NCBI RefSeq assembly: GCF_032062105.1
Contig: NW_026938156.1
Location: 1-64,000, forward strand
Length of the DNA: 64,000 bases
Source of the DNA: Saccostrea cucullata
Taxonomy: Eukaryota
Reading direction: 5' to 3'
The translations under genes and the position numbers were made by a program. The notes below the pieces were generated by a model. That model saw only the letters and a program-made list of their open reading frames with translations, did not search any database and was not told the DNA's origin. Shown piece after piece: positions 1-12,469 of the stretch. Numbering within the stretch: position 1 is the first letter of the stretch; each line of letters starts with the position of its first letter.

Positions 1-295
1 AGCAAGTAAATTATTCAAAGAGAAAAAAATTCCTACAGGAATTTCTGACCGAAAAAGAGAATCCTACAGGAATTTTAGAAATCCTATGGGATATATTTTT
101 CCTAAGGGATTTTTTCTCTCTCCTGTAGGAAATTGTATTCCTACAGGAGATTAAATTCTCCCATAGTAATTTAATTTCCTGTAGGATTTCTTAAATATCC
201 CACAGGAAATTAAGAAATCCTGCAGGATTTTGATAATATCCCTCAGGAATTTTATTTTTCCTATAGGAACTTTATTTTTCCTATGGGAATTTTTT
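1..295. repeat. Cluster of short inverted/direct subrepeats (TCCTACAGGA/TCCTGTAGGA), probably the subterminal region of a DNA transposon starting before the window
   Basis: More than 10 copies of CCTA(C/T)(A/G)GGAA-like motifs in both orientations within 300 bp; no terminus visible in the window. Confidence 0.5.
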
Positions 296-467
296 GTTCA
301 AAGGTGATTATCTCACCTGACAGGTGAGATTTACCTGTAACAAAGGTAGTTATGAACTCTGTGAGTGATGGTCTACCACTTGGTATACATGCTTTTTATG
401 TGAAATGAGAATGTGGCGCGCGCCAAAATGCCACTTTTGAAATGGCATAATTATCCGGCACAGTGTT

Positions 468-3400
468 ATAGGTAGAATACTTATTACATGTGTTTAGAAC
501 CCTTGCATACACACCCTTTTTTTGGGGGGGGGGGGGGGGGGTAGGGGCCGGGGCATCTAAATCAAATGTTGTTAAAAGTGTTAAAATAAAGCGAAAAGAA
601 ATTTAATTAATTATAATAAGCTGCCTTTCAAATTTTTTCGTATATCTATATCACAACATTGGGTATGTAAATATTTTCATTTTAAAGTAAAAATATCAAT
701 GATTGAAATAAAAGGTGGAATGTATCAAGTTTTCATTATCTTTCTTTAACTAAGAAAGCTGAATACCTAGGATCCACCTCCTGAAATCTGTTGCCGTAAA
801 TTGTCTTGCCAGCGTTTGGGGAATATGGGTGATTTGCACCAATGATACTTTTATTGACTCCATTGCTTTGGAAAATTTGACGTGATTTCTTGGCATGAAA
901 CCACGAAAACAATAATTTTTATATAAGATTCCAATAGAAAAAACTCTACCACCTTTTCGTCCGGTAAATTAAAAAAATCCGAATGTATAATATCTCATAC
1001 TTGTACATGAATTATTTTATAACCTGTTTATGTTATAATAATAGATGTAATAGAAGTAAAACTGTGGTGAAGCAAAGCCACTAACATTTGTACAGTATAT
1101 AACACACACGTACTTACACAGCAAGAACATTAAATTTAAGCTCTTGGATAGTTTAAGTAATGTTTTGTATGTTAAATGACCTTCCTTACTGATTTCTTTA
1201 TTATATTCAACAAACAAAATAAGATGTTTGTAAATGATATCAATGGGAAGATCTTTGTTTGTTCACTTAATGGCCGGCGCGTATAAACAGCGATAAGAAT
1301 CTAAGCAGGGCTTTACACATGATGACCATTCCCCTGCTGTTAATTGATGGGTGTAATTCTGAAGTCTGTAGGAAAAGAAACAAGAAGACGCAAACTAAGT
1401 TACGTGTAATCGTCTAAAATATAATCGCTGGATTGGAGTTTTTTTTACGATAGTGGGAGCAGGGCAACTAAGAGAATGTATTTGACCACGTGCTCAGTTT
1501 GGGACCAGGCAAAATTTATCACAATGATGGGACCGGTACAAACAGGCATGGGACAATGAGTTTTTTCATCGCAGAAAACCATGGGACAAAAACATTTTTA
1601 GCATTAAGTATAACCATGGGACACAAACATTTTTTCAATGAGTTACACTACTTACGGCAGTTCAAAGTTAATTCTATGTTTAACGTCACATCCAAAGTTC
1701 AAAAACCTTCAATGGAGGGAGGAACAAAAACAAACAAAACTTTTAAACAATTGTGAATTTATTCAAATTAGCCTATTCAGTACATTAAATACACTATAAT
1801 TGAGTAATAAGAGTATTAGATATGACACTTAAGTCTAAGTTTTCAAGCAGAGTTTTTCCCTTAGTATGTAAATGGGTTGAGTCCTTTTGTATGCAAACAA
1901 TATAGACTAAATTTGCAGGAGAGTGGCTTTTAACTAGGCCTCATTTGTCCTTTGGATTTATATTGCCACATGGTAGTCTGTAAGGAAATGCTTCTTCTTG
2001 TGGGAATAGTTGTACAATATCTACAATTAAAATTCATGATGACAATATTTAATACATTCTTACATTGAAATATCTTGAAATTTAATTATGCTGTATTTTT
2101 ACTTATAGTACTAGATTACAAGCATTTAGTTTTGAAAGTGCAGATACTAATATTTGGACCATACATGTAGCTGTTAGATTATCTTACCTTGAATTCCAAA
2201 CACATGACAATCGATTCTTCACTTCTTGGAATACCCCATTCACTTTCCTTACTTTCCTTCATTTGAAAGTCCCCATCTTCAGTAAGCTTCTCTCTGCTCA
2301 AATGGAAATGACTACCGGTAGTATTATCCTTCCCAAAATATATAGCTATTTGTCTTACTGTTCCTATAAATTTTTACAGAAATATTTTAAGATGAAGTTA
2401 TTTTTAAAATTTAAATGATGCATCTCAATGTATATTATAAAATCTTGGTTTTTGACACACTTTGTAAAGTTTGGATATTCTCCAAAATTCGATGAAAATT
2501 TCAGGCAACATAATCACGAACTGAGAGTCTGTGATTCGAAGACTGACCAAAAAATCAACAAACAGGAGTTTGGCACTAACTTCTTTCATAAAATCATATA
2601 TTTTTTACTTACATTTATGATCCCATACTGTTTAATTCATAATTCATTAGTTTTCTTTCAATAAGACACCACCAACTGCCGAAGCCCATTTTCCTGTCAC
2701 TACCGGAAGCAGATTTAGGTCGCTAAATGTAGAACCAATCCGGAACGGATATACGAACTTCCGAATTGTTTGGGTTTTTTTTGAAGTTTGTTTTTGTTTG
2801 TTTTATTATTCAGGAAATGGCACATGTAACGTAAGACACATAGAAACATAAGTTGGCACATAAATATATAAGGCAATATATGTGTTTTAAGATATTGATC
2901 GCATTTTGAATAAAACAGCTGTAAAAGGTGAAAAGACGGATTTCTCCTTAACCTACGCGCGCAGATAACGTTATACTCAGTACATAGAATTTATTTTAAA
3001 CAGCCTAGCTAACCCAAGAGAGATATTCATTATATTTAAAAATAAATATATTCTTTTTTTCCGAAAAAGGTCGTATCTTCGAAAGTCAAATGAAAGATTT
3101 AAATAGCAAAATAAATCTTAAATTAATGAATAATATTACAAAGTATAAAAATAAAAAAACAAACAAAAATTATCGATATTTGAAATATCTGTAATCTGAA
3201 AGACTCCTAGTTTAATTTATTCCAATATTTCACTAACACTAAGATGTTACCATGGGACAGTAACTTTTTTTTAGTCTCAAGGCATGGGACGGATATTTTT
3301 TTTCAAATAAAATGTCATGGGACACATACTTTTTTAAAATGAGAATTTTGTTTTGTACTGGTCCCATCATTGTGATAAATGTTGCCTGGTCCCTTAAGTA

Positions 3401-3569
3401 AATATAAGATTAAAAGCGCATTTCCTCCTTGGCTGAACGGCATGCGTCTTCGGAGATTATGCACGTATCGAAATTTCCACCATCGAACTATCTAAACAAT
3501 TAATGGAACGACTGCATAAATAAGCCCTGGTTAAATCTAGTACTGTCTGACGCCAAGACGTCAGACAAC
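468..3569 (+). repeat. Duplicated ~1.2 kb non-coding segment, copy 1 (interrupted by the 1501-3393 element)
   Basis: 468-1497 aligns by eye with 4468-5434, 3394-3531 with 5435-5574, and 3531-3569 with 7990-8028. Confidence 0.8.
1501..3393. mobile_element. Non-autonomous TIR DNA transposon at a TTAA site (Kolobok-like) carrying a decayed spliced ORF
   Basis: TIR GGGACCAGGCAAAATTTATCACAATGATGGGACC (1501) / GGTCCCATCATTGTGATAAATGTTGCCTGGTCCC (ends 3393) followed by TTAA; the paralogous copy at ~5435 shows the empty site CAGTTAAGTAAATA. Confidence 0.85.
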
Positions 3570-4205
3570 AAGTATTAGCTTTCCTAAAAAGCTCGTCTGA
3601 CGTGGTTTGCTTAAATTCACAAAGCGGAAAGAAATCATTAATTATATACATTTTACATATTTTTTTTTCGTTCGGTAATCTATCTTTAAAAGACCATGTG
3701 TAATCAATATTGCCAATGCAGCTCAATTTCTTTTAAATCATGGTGAAGATGAATTTACTGAACACAATTTGCAATAACATCTTTCTTTTCTCATTAATAC
3801 TACGTTTGATTTTATAACATTTTTTCTGTGGAAAAGGGATATAGCATGTAAAAAATTACCAAATGAAATGATATTTCCAACAATGAAGTTAGACTACATA
3901 ATGTCAACAGAAATTATGTTTTAATCTATATATATTTTTCAAAAACTCAAGTTCAGTTTAATTTTAAACCATTTTATGACATGCCATGATATAACAACTG
4001 GTCTATACATAATCATTAAAATTTATGGATCGTTTAACCAGTACAATAGTAATTCCAAGAAACCTTGCACATTCCATCTGGAGAGCGAACTCAATAAAAG
4101 ACGAATTAACGTTAATCGGTGATTTTTACCCAGGGAGATGTGCGCGCGGAGTCAATTCATGCCAGCAGTTTTGTGGGAGGGATCTTCAGTTTTACTGGGT
4201 TTAAA

Positions 4206-4460
4206 CAGGCACGTAGCAACAGGGAGGCCCCCTCCACTTTTTTTTCCAACATTACCTTTACTATAGAAAATGTCCATTGAAAGGTTGGTTGCCCCCCCCC
4301 CCACTTCTGACCACAGTAAAGAGTAAAGTGATATCAAGGAAATGTAGTATGGCATGAAAAAAAATAGAAATGAAAGGAAGTTGGACTTGCAAAAAGTGGC
4401 CACTAACGTAAAAGAAAAAATCTCTGGCTGCCCCCTTTAAAAACGATGGCTACGTGCCTG
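4206..4460. mobile_element. Short MITE with CAGGCACGTAGC termini
   Basis: CAGGCACGTAGC at 4206 and GCTACGTGCCTG ending at 4460; a related end occurs at ~63575-63586. Confidence 0.65.
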
Positions 4461-5572
4461 TTAAAACATAGGTAGAATACTGGTTATTTACAACCCTTGC
4501 ATATACACACCCTTTTTGGGGGGTGGAGGTGGGGCATCTAAATCAAATGCTGTGAAAAGAGTAATATAAAGGGAAAAGAAAGTTAAATTAATTATAATAA
4601 GATAACTAATTCTTCATTAAAAATAAGCTGCCTTTCAAATTTTTACGTATTTCTATATCAAAACATTGGCTATATATGTAAATATTTTCATTTTAGGGTA
4701 AAAATATTAATGATTGAAATAAAAGGTGGAATGTATCAAGTTTAATTTTCTTTAACTAAGAAGGTGACACCCAAGGATCCATCCCATGAAATGATGGGTG
4801 ATTTGCTTCAATTACACTTTTAATGACTCCATTGCTTTGGAAAATTTGACGTGATTTCTTAGCATGAAAACACGAAAACAATGTTTTTATAAGATTCGTT
4901 CGGGAAATTAAAAAAATCCGAATGTATAATATCTCATACTTGTTAAATCGATTTATGTTATAACCTGTTTATGTTATCATTATAGATGTAACAGGAGTAA
5001 AACTGTGATGAGGCAAAGTCACTAGCATCTATGAATTTACATACGTACAGTATATAAAACACTAACTTACACAGCAAGAATATTTAATTTAAGCTCTTGC
5101 ATTGTTCAAGTAATGTTTTGTATGATAAATGACCTTACTGATTTCTTTATTCAACAAACAAAATAAAATGAAGTTTGTAAATGATATCAATGAGGATCTT
5201 TGTTTGATCACTCAATGGCCGGCGCGTAGAAACAGCGATAACAATCTTAGCAGCGCGTTACACATGATGACCATTCCCCTGCTGTTAATTGATGGATGTT
5301 TGTAGAAAAAGAAACGAGAAGACGAAAACTAATGCACGTGTAATCGTCCAAAATATAATCGCTGGATTGGAATTTGTTTTTTTAACTATAGTAGGAGCAG
5401 GGCAACTAAGAGAATATATTTGACCACGTGCCCAGTTAAGTAAATAAAAAATTAAAAGCGCATTTTCTCCGTGGTCGAACGACATGCATCTTCGAAAATT
5501 ATGCATGTATCGAAATTTCCACCATCGAACTATCTAAACAAATTAATGGAACGACTGCATAAATAAGCCCTG

Positions 5573-7991
5573 GTTAGTCAGCCCGCGGGCTGACTAGTTA
5601 TGGTACGAAGAACTTCCAATGCGCTTGCGTGACCTGGAATTCTGGGAGTGGTTCTGCAGTAAATCACTCCTGCTAATTTTATTTCAGTAAAATCAATATA
5701 GATTCCCTATTAAACACCAAAGTAATCTGTAAATTTAACTCAAAAAGGAATTTCCCGATGCTTATTTTTGTATAGAAGGTTTCAAACAGTTTACTGGTTC
5801 GCAGTAATTTAACTGGTTCGCACTTGATCATGTGTTCTACGCAGCGAAGCATACAGTTGCTACTGTTGGATGAATTTAGTGTTTGACGCGTCAATTGAAG
5901 CTCTTTTATAAAATATATTGAAGGTTTTTTACTTATGTATTTAAATCTACAGCACAAACAGTGGTTTATTACATATTTTTAGCTTTTCAGTTTTTTCTGC
6001 TTTTACTTTCGTTTTCACTACAAATCATTTCGATCCCGATGCTAAATAGCGGACAGACTTGTTAAGTCATACAACAGATACTTCGGAAAGAAAACACAAC
6101 TGGCTAAGCTTGCTCGTTTGTTGCCCCTCGCTGAAATTAGAGAATATTAATTTCAGTCTGTCTGTAACACTTTCACTTCCCCGCAATATTGCGTGAAGTC
6201 TTTGAGCTATTGCAGTGAAATTTTACACAATAGTTTACACCTTATATGGCCTTTGGAAGACCCTCTTGATTTTGAGGTCAAAGGTCAAGTTATTAAATTC
6301 AGAAATTCTGTCTGTTTAAACACTTGTTTTCGCGCGATATCTCTATAAGCCATTGAACTTTTGCAATGAAATTTTATACCACAACTCCCTATGGCCATAT
6401 ATATGGCGTAAGGAATACCCCTGTGTATTTTGAGGTTCAAACGTCAATGTCATAAATTCATACTTCTGTGTGACTCTGTGTAAAACTTTCATTTCCAGTC
6501 AATATCTCAAGAAGGTTTTGAGTCTTTGCAATTAAATATCATAAAGCATAACTCCCTATGGCCCCGCCCTGGACCCCCCCCCCCCCCCCGATCTGCGCAT
6601 GCTTTTTTAATCCGTAAATTGGATTGTTTTTCATAAACTAAGACCTAATAATCTAGGTTGTGGCAATCATATTTATGAATTAATAGGTTTATTATATTAT
6701 AAGAGGTCTGATAAATGAATTTGTAGTTCTTGGTAATGTTTGCTTTATTTCAATTCAGCTAGTTACTAGTAAGTCAAATGACGATAGTTAATAAACAAAA
6801 AAAAAGCTTAGGCTATACCCTCAAAGCTTACATGTTACCTGTTTGAATGAACTATAAATGTTTATTTTTTTATTCTAAAATGTACTAGAAAATGTACTAG
6901 GTATTGCAATAATCCTTTATTTGTATTCTCAAACGAAGGTTTAGTATGGCTGTTTAAGTATCGCAGGGACAAGGGTGTTTCCCATTTCTAAACACATAGC
7001 CAAGAGTGATTCAACCGGCGGCATGATTAACTCTAACAAGGATGATAGTGAAGCTTATTGGGCTCCGTTTTGTTAAAAATGGCATAATGTCTATATATCC
7101 CCCTCCCCCTAAAATCTTATAGATCTGATAATGAGATTATAGGTTTATAACTTCTTTGAATTATGTTACGTGAACTGGAACTTAAAAGTTTATATATTCT
7201 TTCCGTTCTTTTGATTTTGAGACAAAAAAATGCAAGAATCTGCATGCACAAACGCTTCTGTTCCTATGCAGAAAATATATTAAGACGATGTTTTAATTTT
7301 AGTGCCCAGCTCTGCTATTTGTCTGATTAAAAATTTGTTAAAGGTATTTTTTCAGTTCTCTATGATTCTTTAAAACATTATCACAGAGAAGAAAAATCCA
7401 CTGGCTGACTCTCTAAGCTTTTTTTAAAGTAATTCCACCCTCCTATGATGTCATAGGTTTTTGCAAAAACTGTAATTAGTTTAAATTCATACCTAATAGA
7501 ACAATATCTCTTGGAAGAATGCTTTACAATAGGTGTAATGATAAATATTGTTAAGTTAAAGAATATAAAAAATGCATATTTTCTATATTTAATAAATTAT
7601 TCAATCTTTAAAAAAATGTTTACAAGGGCAATAACTCCTTCTAAGGCCTCTTCATTCAGGCATTTGCTTTATTGTAAAACAATTTCCCTGATATTCACAA
7701 TTCAAAAGTATCTTTTAAGTAGGGAGTATTTAGGAACACTCAGCATCAGAATTATGCATTTTTACCAGTTTTTACATATTTTTCATAATACTGTTTCCCA
7801 AAAATGTGCGATTTTTTATGTTGACATACACTTCTGTTTATTTATGTTTCGCATCTTAAATAATATGGTGACCTATACATTTTTTGCTATAATTGGAAAG
7901 TTTAAAGTATATTAAATGAAAATAAATGCAGTTTTTGTACTTTGAACCTATAAAATTGTTAGGGTGGAATCACCTTAAAAGCTAAACTTGT
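5573..7991 (+). mobile_element. Helentron/HINE-like insertion(s) at a TT site, composite
   Basis: Starts with the palindrome TTAGTCAGCCCGCGGGCTGACTAG and ends CTTGTT; internal ~170-bp repeats at 6150-6560 resemble those at 41870-42180; absent from the paralogous segment. Confidence 0.55.
7425..7977. mobile_element. Small TTAA-type MITE
   Basis: Imperfect TIR TAAAGTAATTCCACCCT / AGGGTGGAATCACCTTA. Confidence 0.55.
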
Positions 7992-8706
7992 TAAATCTAG
8001 TACTGTCTGACGCCAAGACGTCAGACAAATATGTACGTATAGAATCGAAATTTCCGGATTGCCAAGGAATTATTAGCTAATGCAAATAAATGTTTCTTTT
8101 TGAAGACAGAAACATTTTATTGAGTAAGCAGTGCCAAAAAATAATGCCATTTTTATTTTATTTTTTACAGGAAAATGTATTCATGATTACTTGTGAATCC
8201 CCCCGTGAACCTTACATATGGAATGCAGCATCTTGGCTGCTGGACGAGTATGTTGGTGTAATTGGATACATATGATGTATCTTATCTTCTGCCAAACTCT
8301 GGGAGGTGGTCAGTCTAAATGGAAGCAAGTAGGGTGGGGGTTTCTACTGTTGAATTAACCGTTTAAAATGAAAGCTATGAGGTAGTTATAATTATTTTGA
8401 TTAGATTTAATCAGGGACCTATATACTAACGTCCCTGATTTAATTGAATGAATATTTTCAATAGAGGCTCTTGGGATTTTAGTATGAGCAAATCTTGGAA
8501 CACCGTTGTTATACATTGTACTTATTAATCATCAAATTCTTTATTGCAGGGATTTTCTAATAATAACTAGGGGAATATAATTTGCTCTTGTACAAAAAAT
8601 AATTGAATAAACATGAATAATTCAAATATATATTGAGTTCATTATATATTATGCGTCAAATTTCGCAATAAATGAAACAATCGTTTTCCATTTCCTCATG
8701 TATTAA

Positions 8707-9252
8707 GGCCGGTATACACGATGAAATCTGTAGTATAATACAAGTATTATGATACATTTGTATTATAATACTTTCTTGTACACACGCTAATACATGTCTT
8801 ATAAGATTGCAAATAAACTATTATTCCCCCGTGTTTTTTCCTGCCATATTTCTCTCCATGTCAAAATAATAAAAATGATAATAATAAGCTCTGCTTCTAG
8901 CATCTTTTTTGTGGTAGCTACAGCTTGATATATTCCACAAGTCCTCTTCCCCTTCCCATAAAACCACGAGTTTTTCGATATCTTTACTCGAAAAGTCGGC
9001 CATTATTATTTAAAATGAGCTTTATTTAGTAATGATAAAAATAGGATGACCCCCAATGTGAGTACATTTGATTGGTTGAAAGTGAAAGGTGAGGTAAGAC
9101 TTGTATTAGGAAATAGAGCATTGCTCTATTCTTAATACAGTTTTATAAGATTCGAAAAATCTTATGATACACTGTATTAAGAGTGTATACACAGTAAGAT
9201 TTTGTATTATAATACAAATCTTATAATACAAATCTTACCGTGTATACCGGCC
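8707..9252 (-). mobile_element. Non-autonomous TIR element containing a MADF (Myb/SANT-like) fragment; PIF/Harbinger-like
   Basis: TIR GGCCGGTATACACG / CGTGTATACCGGCC flanked by TTAA on both sides; ORF 8821-9003(-) FSSKDIEKLVVLWEGEEDLWNISSCSYHKKDARSRAY fits the MADF pattern. Confidence 0.75.
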
Positions 9253-9949
9253 TTAACATGTATCTGAGCTGGCAACAGTGTATACAGGATTTCACAAATT
9301 GTAAAAGAAAAAAATATTATGAAACAATCTCCGACTGTTTGGTCATACGCTTTTAAATAGGAACTTAATAAGATTTCCTTTTTTTCTCTCTTTCAGATGG
9401 CTTTATAAAATTAAAAATATCTATAAAGAAAAAAAATTAAAACACACACACAAGTTTAGGGAAGTGTTGTCACGTTAATATAAAAAACACAATGAAGGGC
9501 AGAGAAAGAAAAAAAATCACACAAGAATCAAATTAACTTATTGATAAGGGCCTAGCTTAAGGCTTTTTCTTGGGTAGAGGCGACAAAACTCCCAAGAGTT
9601 GTGAATCTGCAGAAACAAAATTATCTTGAACGCTTGAACATATCAGAGATTTCACCTAGAAAAAATTCTCTGAAAATAAAAAGGTCGGAATAAAATATAA
9701 AATAAAAACCCACAGGTTGATACACTATTCTAATTCCTTAAATCGTTCGTGAAAAAGTGATTTGACAACCTCTTGGTTAGAATCTTGTTCAACAGGTTCA
9801 GTCACGGAATATGCTTTTTCAAATTTATTTAGTGCTCTTCCTCCGTATGCAATAGCATGTTCTTTAATATCATTTCCTATTTGAGACAACAAGTATCCAA
9901 TAGCCATTCCTGACGCGTCACACGACAATATATAATATAACAATATATA

Positions 9950-12469
9950 CTGAAAGGATTAAGAAACGCATATTAAACTTTAGAGTTTAATTCAAACAAT
10001 TATTTCAAATATGTTTTCAACCATTGTTATCATACATTTTAATCCATCTTTAATCAACAAGTTACCAAAATTTTGTGTGATTTTGAGTCATAATTCCTGA
10101 GATATTTATATCAATATGTCGACACCCCCCAAAAATAAAACTAAAAATTCTCATAATCTCCCTTTCGCATCAGTAACGAACTTGATTTTCCTGTGCATTG
10201 AGTTCACCAGAGCAGTTATCTTTTTCAGAACATTATTATTCAACCCTTCAGACGGTAGTCTTAAAGGCTGAGATTATCTGTATTATTCCAAAGCTAACAA
10301 ATCCCCCCGCCCAATCGAATACGAATTATCGATTTAGGATAGAATGTACAGAACCGAACAGGTTTGGTACTTGTGAATGTTTGTAAAAAATTATCGACAA
10401 ATATTAGCTACATTTTTCCAGTGTAAACATGCTAAAAAAAATCACGCAAATGACGCGTACGTGCGCGTGTGAGAGTAAAATCGACGTAAAATGGCCAAAC
10501 TCATGGTCCAAATTAGAGCAGAGTGTTTCTATCAATTTAGGATGAAAAAAATTAGTATGATTGTCTGCTGTATAAATATCAGTTTCGTTGATATGGCCTT
10601 GACAATAACCGAGGTGGCATGATGAAAAGCCCCATCATGTTGTGACGTTTTTACGCGCCAACGTCGCCGTCATGGTTGGTTGGAAACATTTTAAGTTAAC
10701 TCTCTGACAACAAAAAAAAACTTATTTGGTTGAAGAGTTGAAAACAATCTGTACAGCAGCATGTTTTTGTCCCCCGCTTTGGCGAAAGCGAGGGGACATT
10801 AAATCTCATTCGTCTGTCCGTCAGTCTGTCCGTCTGTCAGTCTGTCAGTCTGTCCGTCACAAAAACTTTAACCTTGCCCATAACTTTTGATTTAGTGGAT
10901 CTATGACTTTCATATTTCACATGTGTATTCCTTGTGACAAGACCTTTCTTTGGGTACCACCAAATTTGACCTTTTGACCTTCACCTTGGAGTTTGACCCA
11001 CTTTTACACAAAAATTCCAAACTTTTACTTTGGCCATAAGTTTTGAATAGTAGGTACTCTGACTTTTATATTTCACATATGTATTGTTTGTGGCAAAACC
11101 TTTCATTGGATAACAACAACCTTGACCTTTTGACCTTGACCTTAGAGATTTACGTACTTATAAATTTTTTTTTAACCTTGACCATAATTTTTGAACGGTG
11201 AGGACTAAGGCTTTCGTACTTCACTTATGTAATCCTTGTGAGAAGACCTTTCATTGGATACCAATAACTTTTACCCTTTGACCTTGACCCTGGAGTTTTC
11301 ACTACTTTTAAAAAACTGTAACCTTGGTCACAACTTTTTAACAGTGGATACTAGGACTTTTATATTTCACATATGTATTTCTTGTGGCAAGACATTTCAT
11401 TGGATACCAACAACCTTGACCTTTTGTCCTTGACCTTGGAGATTTACGTACTTATGAAAAACTTTAACCTTGACCATAGCTTTGGAACGGTGAGGGCTAA
11501 AGCTTTCGTACTTCACATATGTAATCCTTTTGAGATGACCTTTCATTGGATACCAACAAATTTTACCCTTTGACCTTGACATTGGAGTTTTAACTACTTT
11601 TTTTAAAAAAATTTAACTTTGGTCACAACTTTTGAACGGAAGATACTAGGACTTTTATATTTCACATATGTATTCTTTGTGGCAAGTCCTTTCATTGGAT
11701 ATCAACAACTTTGACCTTTTGACCTTGACCTTAAAGATTTACGTACTTATGAAAAGACTTTAACCTTGGACATAACTTTTGAACAGTAAGGGCTAGGGCT
11801 TTCATACTTCACATATGTAATCCTTGTGAGAAAATTTTTCATTGGATATCAACAAATTTGACCCTATGATCTTGACCTTGGAGTTGACCTACTTTTAAAA
11901 AACTTTTTACTTTGGCCATAACTTTTTAACGGTCAGGATTAGGGTTTTCATCCTTCAAAAAAAAATCAACTTCAATGTTACTTTCTAAATAAATGACATA
12001 TGACAGGATGTTCATATTACACACAATATGTCATAAAAAATAACATCTCACCCACAAAGACACCGAAAGCGGGGGACCAAAATTCTTTGAATTTGCTTGT
12101 TGCCTTTTAATTCACTTATGCAATATTGCATTCAATTACTAAACCCACAGTAGCTTCCGTCAGGCATACCACAGTTGCAAGAAATTTATACTGACTGCAA
12201 ATATGCAAAAACGATTTCTACAACTCTAATGCATCGCGTATTGCACTACAAAATTTTAATACAAAATTATTATCATCAACATGCACGTGTTTTTGACTTT
12301 TTATCATTTCCCCTACGTGAAGCCATACATTTCATGGTTGAGTAGTTTTGACTAGTGATTTTAGTGCATAGTAACCAAAATACTCATCTGACCTATTTAC
12401 ATTTTTTTCGGCCACATAGTCAAAAAATTTTCCCATATTATGTTCTTAAGCGTTTCTTTTTCCTTTCAG
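9950..12469. mobile_element. TA-flanked non-autonomous TIR element (Tc1/mariner-like), inserted in the Gypsy pol
   Basis: TA|CTGAAAGGATTAAGAAACGC ... GCGTTTCTTTTTCCTTTCAG|TA; body homologous, in inverted orientation, to 49514-50686. Confidence 0.85.
10764..12101 (+). mobile_element. Helentron-associated non-autonomous element (HINE) with internal tandem repeats
   Basis: 5' GTCCCCCGCTTTGGCGAAAGCGAGGGGAC hairpin, (GTCT/GTCC)n microsatellite, tandem units with GACCTTTTGACCTTGACC, 3' subTIR GAAAGCGGGGGAC plus hairpin and CTTGTT; absent from the sister MITE copy. Confidence 0.85.

Larger units (their letters stand above)
4468..8028 (+). repeat. Duplicated segment, copy 2 (interrupted by the 5573-7991 insertion)
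   Basis: Homology to copy 1 stops at CCCTGG (~5572) and resumes at TTAAATCTAGTACTGTCTGACGCCAAGACGTCAGACAA (~7990). Confidence 0.75.

Noticed and set aside
7511-7915. Short ORFs in AT-rich or repeat DNA (e.g. 7511-7915, 19253-19588, 22026-22355, 29468-29782, 36348-36686)
   Set aside because: They lie in MITEs/HINEs or low-complexity DNA, have biased F/I/L/K composition and no recognisable motifs.
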